DNA of 64,000 nucleotides from a virus. Lineage: Duplodnaviria; Caudoviricetes. The translations under genes and the position numbers were made by a program. A model generated the notes under the pieces. The model was not told the DNA's origin. It searched no databases and was given only the letters and a program-made list of their open reading frames with translations. This document shows, piece after piece, positions 26,045 to 33,982 of the stretch; positions within the stretch are counted from its first letter, which is position 1; each line of letters starts with the position of its first letter. Location: positions 32,001-96,000 of the IMG/VR virus record IMGVR_UViG_3300037067_026718; one strand, written 5' to 3'.

Positions 26045-29000
26045 CAGTACTCCCCTGTTCTCCAGAGATCTCTTCCGAAGTCGATGCCTTGCAGGAACGG
26101 AGTAACTGGCTTTACTCCTTTTGAAGGACTCATGGCGCCCATGGCTGCGCTTTCCTGAAGCTGTCGAACCATGTCTCTACCCAGCATCTTGAGTGCCCAG
26201 TCAGGTTCGTTTTTTGCCAGATCGTAATCCATGCCGTCAAAGACCGGTTCGTACTTGATCAGCGCATCGCTGTCGCCTATATCCGCATTGATCGCCTGCA
26301 GCTCTTTGATGTCCTTGATGTCACCTGTCATCATGTCCTGGCTGCTGCCGGGATCCAAAACCTTGCCGTATCTCGTAAGGGCCGCCACTACTGTCTCTAT
26401 GTACCGGCGGTCTGGAGCCTTGCCGCCGTAGTTCCTTTCGATTTCGTCAACAAGGTAGTTCTGCATGGCCCTAAGGCCGTTGTATTTCATGACATCGTTG
26501 GGATCCGGAAGACCTTCATTGATCTGAAATCCGGCCTTCAGGCGATCGCCTACGGCAACCTTGAGCGGAGCATTGGTAGACGTGGTGAAAGACGTTCCGT
26601 CCTGCATGATGATTTCGTAGCCGCCGCCTCGCATCTTATTGATCTTGCCCACCACGCCGGCCTCAGGAGCAAGAGTGGCCTTCGCTCCGGCAGGGGCTCT
26701 TCCATTCAAGAGAGGCCAGATGGCATACAAGCCTTCTATTTTGTTGCTGGAAAGAGCGGAGCCTCCACCATGGAAAGCCTTCAACGTGAGCTGAACAGCC
26801 GGCTCGGTAAGGGTGTGGGCCGATATGACTCCTATGTCGGCGCCGACCTTCGGCTTCTCTCCATCCGGGAGTCTACCGAAATCCTTGGCGTAGAACCCGG
26901 TTTTTGCCACTGACGTCAAGGGAGATCTTACCATCACCGTCTTGATCTTGTTCGAACGGGCTGATGCTATCAGCTCTTCTGTTATGGGATCCCCGGCCAC
27001 GGCCAATGTTTTCCCCGCCGGGGTTACCAGGTCGAAAGCCAGGTATCTCTGAAGCACGGTGGGATGGTCAATGGGATACTCGATACCATCGGTAGGGTTT
27101 GCATCTCCGGGTGCCACTACGCTGCCCAGGGTAGACCTCAGAAGCTGCTTGCTGAAATAGCCGGGCTCCCTGACTTCAATGCTCTTCGAATGCAGAGCAG
27201 GCCGGTTGCCTTTCGATGCCACCCAGTAGTCCATGAAATCGAGTCCTTCTCCGTATCCGGTGCGGATCAGATGAGGGATAGGGCCGTCGAATCCGTTCAC
27301 CGTCATGGGAGAAAACTTGATCTGCATGACATTGGACCAATTCCCCTTGGCTCCGGAATCAGCAAGGACGGCAACTGCCGACCGAGGGTCTATTGAAGAC
27401 CTGAGCCTGGAGTAGACAGAGTCGGTTTCCTTCTGAGCCAAGAAGCCGCCAACGGACTTGGACATCTCTTCCTTGCTTATCGGCATGAAGTCCTTCAGGC
27501 TGAATGACAACCCAACCCTGGTGTTGAAGGCATTGCCCAGATCGGTGAGTTTCATCAAAGTGTTGACGTAATCCCCGGGAGCATGCTTACCCACAGCGTT
27601 GAGTATCTCGCCTATCTTCTTGTCGTTGTAGACTACATTGTAACCCTGTCTGAACTGCTCAGGAATGGCTTTGTTCACCAAAATACGACCGGCAGTGACA
27701 ACGACATTGCCTTTGTCTGTTTTGAGGGTTACTCCGTCATTGAGGGCTATTTCATTGGCTTCGTAAGCCTCTATGACTTCCCTCTCGGTGGTGTACTTCT
27801 TGTCGGGCCTCGGGTCTACGAAGTGAGTACCGTAATAGAGGCCGGCAATGGTGTCTTCCTCGGGACGCATGATCGTCTGGTCCAGCCCGGGCTTGAACAG
27901 GTTCTTGGATGGCAGCAGCTTTTCTCTGGCTTCCCTCACCGCTTCGTCGGAAACCGGGACGGAATAGCCCATTGCATCGCCATCGAAGTCGGCATTGAAG
28001 CCACGGGCTATCAAAGGACTGATCTCCATGGACTTGCCCGGTATCATCTTGGCCCAGAAAGCCATGACGTTGAACTTGTGGAGCTTGGGGTCCCTGGTGA
28101 TCATGACCGGACGATGTTTCATCTCGGCCTGCAGAGTTGCTTCAGCCAAAGCTTCCCTGTCTTCTATCATCCGCCTGGCTTCCAGAGGGGGGATGCCTTC
28201 CTTGGTCAGCCTGCGCATTACGAAAGAATGGAAGAGCGGCCATGCTGATTCTTCGGGAAGTCCGATCTCGTCTACGGACAAACCGGGATTGGGCCTGATG
28301 ACTGCACGGCCGCCAACCGACTGACGTTTGTCGAATATCTTATCCTGGAAATGCCCCCAGGAGGAAGACTCCCCCTTGAGATATTCGAGGATCCCGGTCC
28401 TCGGCTTGGCTCCGTACCCTATGCCCGTGGCCCCTATCTGGATCGCCTTTACGGCATCGTAGAGGTTCGTCCTCACTTCATCCAGTACGGAGGCCGGCAT
28501 GCTGCCCTGGCCGTCCTTGAGCGTCATGGCAAGCGTTCCTATGTCCTGGTACAGAGCTGTGAAATCACTGACCCTTATCCCGTTGTCTTTCGTGAGGTAC
28601 ACCGGTCTGAACTGCGGAGGAAGAACCGGAACCTTGGATATGACGTAAGCGTTCTCCGGTTTGATGCCGATGCGCTGCAGAGCGTTCAGGTACCGCAATT
28701 TCTTGACCATGGCATCCTTGGCAGTACCGGTGTGATTGGGGATCATCTCCTTCAAAGACTTGATGGAAGACTCTACGTCAATGGACGAAAGCATGGCTTT
28801 GAAAGCATGGCCACCGGTGATGGACTTGTCCCCCTTTACCCGGGGAGCCAGTACTCCGTCTTTGTACCCTACCCTGCCGGCGATGATGTCATCATAGGCG
28901 CCCTGCGTCAGGCCCAGGATGGCTCTGATAGCCTTTTCGTAAACCGGGTTGGGAAGAGGCTCCGCCAGGGAGATATGCCCCCATTTGTCTCCCTGCATGC

Positions 29001-32000
29001 CTCCAAGAAGCTTTTCATCGTAGAGGCCGCCTTCGTATGACTGCAACATCTCGTATTTACCGGGACGCCCGATCCGGGTGGCCATCGCTGGATTGGGTAT
29101 TTCGCCCGAACTCATCCTGTCGACTTCTCTGTCGGTGAGAGGCAAAAGCTGGTAATTGTCGCCTTGCTTGCGGACATCAATGCCGGCGCCTTTGAGTAGT
29201 GCCTGCAACTTTTTGAACGCAAAGGTCATCTGGGGCGATGGAATGTTGCTGCCTTCCTCAACGGCCCTCCAGAAATCATCGTTCTTCTCGCTCTTGGTGG
29301 TCGCTATCTCCCGCAGGTTGCTCGTGGCTCCATGGGCCAACAGAGCGTAGAATCCCAGGCCTCCCATCTTGGGTCCCTTAATGGGGCGCTGGCTGACTAT
29401 GTCGTAAGGATCGCTTCTGTTGCGAACATTGAAGTACGGCTCGGCCTCCTGCTTCTGCCGGGTAAAGTACTGATACCCGGTCATTACCTTGATGGGCCTG
29501 TCACCATCCTTGATGGGATTGCCGTCCTTGTCGTAGATCTCTTCCTGGTCTTCAAGACCGTATTCCTTCATTTTCTTGTATACGGCCTCCGGAGAGCTCC
29601 CCTTCAGGTTGAAAAGCTCCACAATGAAAGGTATACCGGTGTGGGCGGCTATCTTCGAAGCTGCGGCCTCGATTACCTGGCCGGTGTTGTTCCTTGAGGT
29701 GACGGCGGCCGGGTTCTGAAGAATGTCGAACGGCTGACCACTTTTGTCATGAGGCATTTCATCGTCGGGAAGGATCGCAGATACGACGCCCTTCGCCTGA
29801 TGACGATTGGAATTGCCAGTCCAGCATGCCTTCCCGTTGCGACGGACATACATCACATGGTTGGGAACAGTGCAGCAATACACCAGGCCGTCGTAATCAA
29901 CCAGTTTTTCCTCCTGGATGTGCTGTGACTTTGTATGGCCATGGTTGACCATGGGCTCAGTTTTCTTCCTGATAACAGAAACCCTGTATCGATCGGCATG
30001 GGCTTCATTGTCATCCCTAAGGCACGGAGTTACATTGGCAGCCATCCCGGCTTTCAATGCTATTTCCTGAACGTCATCAGCCAAGCGCTTACTCGTAGTG
30101 GAGTAACTCACACATGAAAAACTGGAGCCGTCGCAAGAAAGCAGTGCATCCAAAAGAATATTCATCTGCCTCTGCGACAACTCCATGAACTCCCTGGGGA
30201 CATACTTGTCGTTGGCGTGTCCGAGTACCGATAGATACTCATTGAGCTGCCTTGAGGATATGATGATTTTGCCTTCCCTGGGATTGTACGGCCACTTCAT
30301 TCTATCAAGGCATGCTGTGATTCTGTGGTAGACGTAACCACCATACGAATTCTTTGTTGTTTTATTCTTATTGATAGTTACGTAATATCCATCTTTCGAG
30401 AAATGGCCATCAGCTATGTAATACCCCAGGAATTCCAGCCAGTCATCCATGGCTACTTCAGGAAGCCCATGGGGGCTGAAGCCATGATGACGGCCATCCA
30501 CAGTCAGCAGGCAAAACTCTGATGCTTCCTTACCTATCCAAGTTCCATTCTTCTTGTACTGGACTCGTCGGCCCATAATATCCTGAGCCTGATGCAAGGC
30601 GAATGATTGAGCTCTCCGCGTTTTGACCAGCATGTTGTGATTGAGAGTCGTCAGCAAGTCGATCTGCTGAGACCGGATGCCATACATTTTTCCGGTGTGC
30701 CAATAGGAGAACACAGCCTCTGGATGCTGGTATTCCACAATTCCGGTATCCTGGTTGAGCGTGCATACCTGCTCATTAACGGTGAGATCAGAAACCGGGA
30801 TCCAACCCCTCTGGGTAAGGTATTCGTGGTCATCTGAAAGACACAGCTTATCCCCTGTCTTTACCGACCGCTCCGACCGCACGAAAATCTTGATCCCGGT
30901 GGGAGTACGGACTATTCTTTCGACGACGCCCGGGTCGCTGGCTTCCCAGACCTTGTCATCCCTGATCAGTTGCTGCTTCATTACCTGGCTCACATTGCCT
31001 GCCAGGATATCCTCCTGGGTCAAGCTTTTGGGGGTGAGCTTGAGGATGATAGGGTCACCGGTGTTCAACACGGTGCCTTCTTTGACAACTCCGTCATCAT
31101 CTATGTTGTCGAGCTGCATGGCCCGGTACTCTTTGGGATAGAGGGCCTTGAACCTGTTCTTATTGAAAACGTCATGCTTCCTGGAGCTGGCTTCCACCTG
31201 GTCTACGTGGATGGCTTTCATCTTCTCGGCAGCGCTCTCGGATATCAGCAGGCCGTCCATGAAGTTCCAGCCCTTGTATGGAAGAAAGGCCACTCTGAGA
31301 TTGCGCCCCATAGCCAGCATGCCGTTCCTGATGAAACTGTTGGTGGCGACTGCCTGCCCCTTCTTTACTATTTCACCCGCCTTTACAACGGGTATTTCAT
31401 GGATGACATTGCCTCCGTTGAGAGGGTAGTTTGTGTAAAGCTCTATGTCTTCGGTATCGCCGGTCTTGATGTCGCGCAGGGTGATGGAGTCCTTCTTCAC
31501 CTTCACGACTTCGCAATCGCCCATGTAAGAAGGAACGCGCCGAGAGAATCGGTTGCCGAACTCTTGTTCCGCGGTGAAGACGGATCCATCCGCGTTTTTG
31601 TGAACCCCGGCCAATACCAAGGGGTTTTCCGGCTCTGCAAGCATGAGAGCATGTGTGCTTTGCTTGACGGACATAGTGCTTCTTGTAGGAATGTTGTTGG
31701 GAAGGAATGGGATCAAAAGGCTTGCCCAGTCAAAAGCATGGTGGGGGGAGGCTATGACGTAATCGATCTTCGAGTATGGAACCTCAACTATCTCGCCGTG
31801 ATGCAATGCCTTTACCTTGGCCTTGTTGGGAAGGTACACCCCGGTTTCGCGCATGCTGTACTCACCAGGAATGGCGGTGTACTTGTCGTATATCTCCCGG
31901 GGGGTAACCGCCTTTGTTCCGGATTGCTTGCCCGTGGTGAAATCGAGAACGGAAGCCTTGAGCTCCCTCCCCACCTTCCGGGCGCCGGACGACAGATGCA

Positions 32001-33222
32001 TGTTGACACCAACTCGGTCAGTGGTCGGCGTGAAGATGGGATCGATGAACCCCATGGAGCTGTCATTCAGCTCTCTCATGCCTTCCGTGATGGCATAGGA
32101 GGAGCCCACACCGCCTTCGCCCATCTGAGTGACCTCAGTGGCATCAGAGAGGATCCCTATTGGATTTATCTGTTCGGGGTTGTAGACGACATCAGCCTGA
32201 ACGAACTTGCTGCTCATCAGCTTCCGGATCTCAGAAAGTGGCCTGGCCAGAATGTCTTTCTCGTCATACTGGTTGCTGTCCACCCTGTAGGCCAGCTTGT
32301 TCTTTATCTTGTTTGCCTGGTTCTCGATGCCGTAAAGGATGAGATCGTTGTATCCATAGATGTCCTGGAAATGCAGATCATCCCTGTTGTCAGGCTTCAC
32401 TGTGCCGGCGCTGACGTCCAGCATCTTTCGGGTGGCATCCATCAAAGCATGGCGGTCTGCAGCCTTGTATTCCTTGCCCAGAGTTACTTTGGACACCCAT
32501 GGGTCAAGAACGGTGGTTTCAAAAGCAGCCTTGAGCTGATCGGCCTTCTCGTTCGAATTTCTTGCTGTTCCTGTGTAGCTGAGCATCGTGCTGTACAAAC
32601 GCTCAAGCACGGAGCTATGGGTAGAAGGAGAGCGGAAGTTGGCCCTGTAGATCTGCTCACCCCATTGTTTCTGTATCTGCTCATCGGGAACGCCCAGTAT
32701 CCTCAGTACGGAATAAGCCGGAAAAGCCTTTCCTCCTACATCAAACCTGATTCTCATGGTCTCGGGATCGTAGTTGATCTTGATGTTCTGCCGTGTCTTG
32801 GTATTGATGAAAGCCTGCACGCCATCAGCCTGTTTGGTAACGTATATCCCCGGGGAAAGCCGCAACTGCTTCTTGACAGATACTTCGGACCCTTCCACAA
32901 CGAAAGTCCCCCTGGCTGTCGGGAAAGGCAGTCTGAACAGGATTTTGCCGGCGCTTCTCTTCTTCTCATTACCGCGCTCGTCGGTCATGACAATGTCGGC
33001 CCTTATCGGTATGGAATAGCTTGAGTCTCTTTCTCGGGCCGCTCTCTCGAGCGCAGGGTTGACCAGTTTGTCGGGAAGGTCGAACTTGATGTTCTCAATT
33101 CGTATTCCCCGCAACTTTCCCTGGTAAGAAAGGATCTGGGGCAGTCTTTCCCGGAGGCTCGAAAGCAGAGTGACGTAGTCTCGGTAGACATCTATTCGAT
33201 GCAGATTTTCATCAATACGCAT
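26044..33222 (-). CDS. rpoBC: single-chain fused DNA-directed RNA polymerase beta-beta' (intein-containing)
   Basis: Beta motifs GTFVVEG..QLRLSPG, EQINP..GEGG, LIPFL, MGRNLRVAF, GDKL/SNRHQAKG, NP..TSR.N.GQ; beta' motifs GHISL, VPVLPPQFRP, RDPKLH, NADFDGD (27976-27996), SGAKG, bridge helix and trigger loop QLTLKAFHGGG. Confidence 0.96.
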   Translation of the reverse strand: MRIDENLHRIDVYRDYVTLLSSLRERLPQILSYQGKLRGIRIENIKFDLPDKLVNPALERAARERDSSYSIPIRADIVMTDERGNEKKRSAGKILFRLPFPTARGTFVVEGSEVSVKKQLRLSPGIYVTKQADGVQAFINTKTRQNIKINYDPETMRIRFDVGGKAFPAYSVLRILGVPDEQIQKQWGEQIYRANFRSPSTHSSVLERLYSTMLSYTGTARNSNEKADQLKAAFETTVLDPWVSKVTLGKEYKAADRHALMDATRKMLDVSAGTVKPDNRDDLHFQDIYGYNDLILYGIENQANKIKNKLAYRVDSNQYDEKDILARPLSEIRKLMSSKFVQADVVYNPEQINPIGILSDATEVTQMGEGGVGSSYAITEGMRELNDSSMGFIDPIFTPTTDRVGVNMHLSSGARKVGRELKASVLDFTTGKQSGTKAVTPREIYDKYTAIPGEYSMRETGVYLPNKAKVKALHHGEIVEVPYSKIDYVIASPHHAFDWASLLIPFLPNNIPTRSTMSVKQSTHALMLAEPENPLVLAGVHKNADGSVFTAEQEFGNRFSRRVPSYMGDCEVVKVKKDSITLRDIKTGDTEDIELYTNYPLNGGNVIHEIPVVKAGEIVKKGQAVATNSFIRNGMLAMGRNLRVAFLPYKGWNFMDGLLISESAAEKMKAIHVDQVEASSRKHDVFNKNRFKALYPKEYRAMQLDNIDDDGVVKEGTVLNTGDPIILKLTPKSLTQEDILAGNVSQVMKQQLIRDDKVWEASDPGVVERIVRTPTGIKIFVRSERSVKTGDKLCLSDDHEYLTQRGWIPVSDLTVNEQVCTLNQDTGIVEYQHPEAVFSYWHTGKMYGIRSQQIDLLTTLNHNMLVKTRRAQSFALHQAQDIMGRRVQYKKNGTWIGKEASEFCLLTVDGRHHGFSPHGLPEVAMDDWLEFLGYYIADGHFSKDGYYVTINKNKTTKNSYGGYVYHRITACLDRMKWPYNPREGKIIISSRQLNEYLSVLGHANDKYVPREFMELSQRQMNILLDALLSCDGSSFSCVSYSTTSKRLADDVQEIALKAGMAANVTPCLRDDNEAHADRYRVSVIRKKTEPMVNHGHTKSQHIQEEKLVDYDGLVYCCTVPNHVMYVRRNGKACWTGNSNRHQAKGVVSAILPDDEMPHDKSGQPFDILQNPAAVTSRNNTGQVIEAAASKIAAHTGIPFIVELFNLKGSSPEAVYKKMKEYGLEDQEEIYDKDGNPIKDGDRPIKVMTGYQYFTRQKQEAEPYFNVRNRSDPYDIVSQRPIKGPKMGGLGFYALLAHGATSNLREIATTKSEKNDDFWRAVEEGSNIPSPQMTFAFKKLQALLKGAGIDVRKQGDNYQLLPLTDREVDRMSSGEIPNPAMATRIGRPGKYEMLQSYEGGLYDEKLLGGMQGDKWGHISLAEPLPNPVYEKAIRAILGLTQGAYDDIIAGRVGYKDGVLAPRVKGDKSITGGHAFKAMLSSIDVESSIKSLKEMIPNHTGTAKDAMVKKLRYLNALQRIGIKPENAYVISKVPVLPPQFRPVYLTKDNGIRVSDFTALYQDIGTLAMTLKDGQGSMPASVLDEVRTNLYDAVKAIQIGATGIGYGAKPRTGILEYLKGESSSWGHFQDKIFDKRQSVGGRAVIRPNPGLSVDEIGLPEESAWPLFHSFVMRRLTKEGIPPLEARRMIEDREALAEATLQAEMKHRPVMITRDPKLHKFNVMAFWAKMIPGKSMEISPLIARGFNADFDGDAMGYSVPVSDEAVREAREKLLPSKNLFKPGLDQTIMRPEEDTIAGLYYGTHFVDPRPDKKYTTEREVIEAYEANEIALNDGVTLKTDKGNVVVTAGRILVNKAIPEQFRQGYNVVYNDKKIGEILNAVGKHAPGDYVNTLMKLTDLGNAFNTRVGLSFSLKDFMPISKEEMSKSVGGFLAQKETDSVYSRLRSSIDPRSAVAVLADSGAKGNWSNVMQIKFSPMTVNGFDGPIPHLIRTGYGEGLDFMDYWVASKGNRPALHSKSIEVREPGYFSKQLLRSTLGSVVAPGDANPTDGIEYPIDHPTVLQRYLAFDLVTPAGKTLAVAGDPITEELIASARSNKIKTVMVRSPLTSVAKTGFYAKDFGRLPDGEKPKVGADIGVISAHTLTEPAVQLTLKAFHGGGSALSSNKIEGLYAIWPLLNGRAPAGAKATLAPEAGVVGKINKMRGGGYEIIMQDGTSFTTSTNAPLKVAVGDRLKAGFQINEGLPDPNDVMKYNGLRAMQNYLVDEIERNYGGKAPDRRYIETVVAALTRYGKVLDPGSSQDMMTGDIKDIKELQAINADIGDSDALIKYEPVFDGMDYDLAKNEPDWALKMLGRDMVRQLQESAAMGAMSPSKGVKPVTPFLQGIDFGRDLWRTGEY
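29812..30843 (-). mobile_element. intein with LAGLIDADG homing endonuclease (344 aa) in the RNAP beta moiety
   Basis: C1 CLSDDHEYLT, block B TTLNH, LEFLGYYIADG and LLDALLSCDG, block F VYCCTVPNH, C-terminal WTGN/S; removal restores GDKL-SNRHQAKG. Confidence 0.93.
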
Positions 33223-33236
33223 TGGTGGCCTTTTCC

Positions 33237-33875
33237 TTAATGAGCTTTCCTGCGAGGCAGCTCGGGGGACATAAGCTCTGCTGATGTTCTCGTGGCCTGA
33301 CTTGGTTTATTGATGCATTCGTAAATATCAGGAAGGTTGGCCCAGATGCATGGCGGAGTCTTTTCAAACGGAATGATCTCGGAAGAGACGGCATTGATGG
33401 CAGCATCCAGAGGGCCATCGGCTGCTTCTACGGCTGCACGCGCTCCCGTAGAGCATACGTAGTGATTCCTGCCAAACCCGAAAATCCTGGTGCCTAAGTC
33501 CATGTCTACAAGCTCGCCAAGATCATAAAGCATGCCTGAGTGTTTGAGGCAGAAAGCATAGAGAGGCTCGGGGTTCAGTGGTCCTTTCTTCTTGCGATAG
33601 ACCAGGGCATAGCTGGGATCCACAAGGTCATCGGTGATCTCGCATGGAGTGGAGCATGGATCGGTCCAATGGAATCCTGTGACTATCCCATGGATCTTGT
33701 CTTCTATGACTCGGTTGTGTGTGGCATGGGGGAATACGCAATTTTCGCCCAGCACTCTCTGGCTGTATTTTCTGACTCTCCAGTTGAAAAACTTCTTGAC
33801 GAAATTCCACCATTCAGGCTTTTTGTAGCTGACGATGATATCGCCTGGCCTTAGATCTGAAACAGTGAAAGGCAT
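33237..33875 (-). CDS. permuted papain-like amidase/peptidase (YaeF/YiiX, NlpC/P60 superfamily)
   Basis: LRPGDIIV, ATH, GMLYD and YVCST (His before Cys, the permuted order). Confidence 0.72.
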   Translation of the reverse strand: MPFTVSDLRPGDIIVSYKKPEWWNFVKKFFNWRVRKYSQRVLGENCVFPHATHNRVIEDKIHGIVTGFHWTDPCSTPCEITDDLVDPSYALVYRKKKGPLNPEPLYAFCLKHSGMLYDLGELVDMDLGTRIFGFGRNHYVCSTGARAAVEAADGPLDAAINAVSSEIIPFEKTPPCIWANLPDIYECINKPSQATRTSAELMSPELPRRKAH

Positions 33876-33903
33876 AACGAAGCTCCTCTCTGTTGCTAAG
33901 ATG

Positions 33904-33931
33904 ATTATACCCGAATACGGGTTCCACGCAA
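33904..33931 (-). promoter_or_regulatory. sigma-70-type promoter, 16-bp spacer
   Basis: TTGCGT-N16-TATAAT upstream of the papain-like/RNAP operon. Confidence 0.7.
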
Positions 33932-33932
33932 G

Positions 33933-33959
33933 AGAAAGGCCCCGCTCGTGCGGGGCCTT
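33933..33959 (-). terminator. intrinsic terminator
   Basis: AAGGCCCCGC-ACGA-GCGGGGCCTT followed by TCTCTT. Confidence 0.65.
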
Positions 33960-33982
33960 GCCTCACCATCGGCGTATATGCG

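Noticed and set aside
30970-33024. 684-aa plus-strand ORF, and other long plus-strand ORFs such as 34127-35383, 44485-45300 and 53562-54350
   Set aside because: Antisense shadows of well-supported minus-strand genes, caused by codon bias; no RBS or recognisable motifs
26044-33222. Cellular rpoBC locus (host chromosome or contamination)
   Set aside because: No flanking rplL/rpsL/nusG genes; extreme divergence, loss of Zn sites and an entirely phage-like neighbourhood
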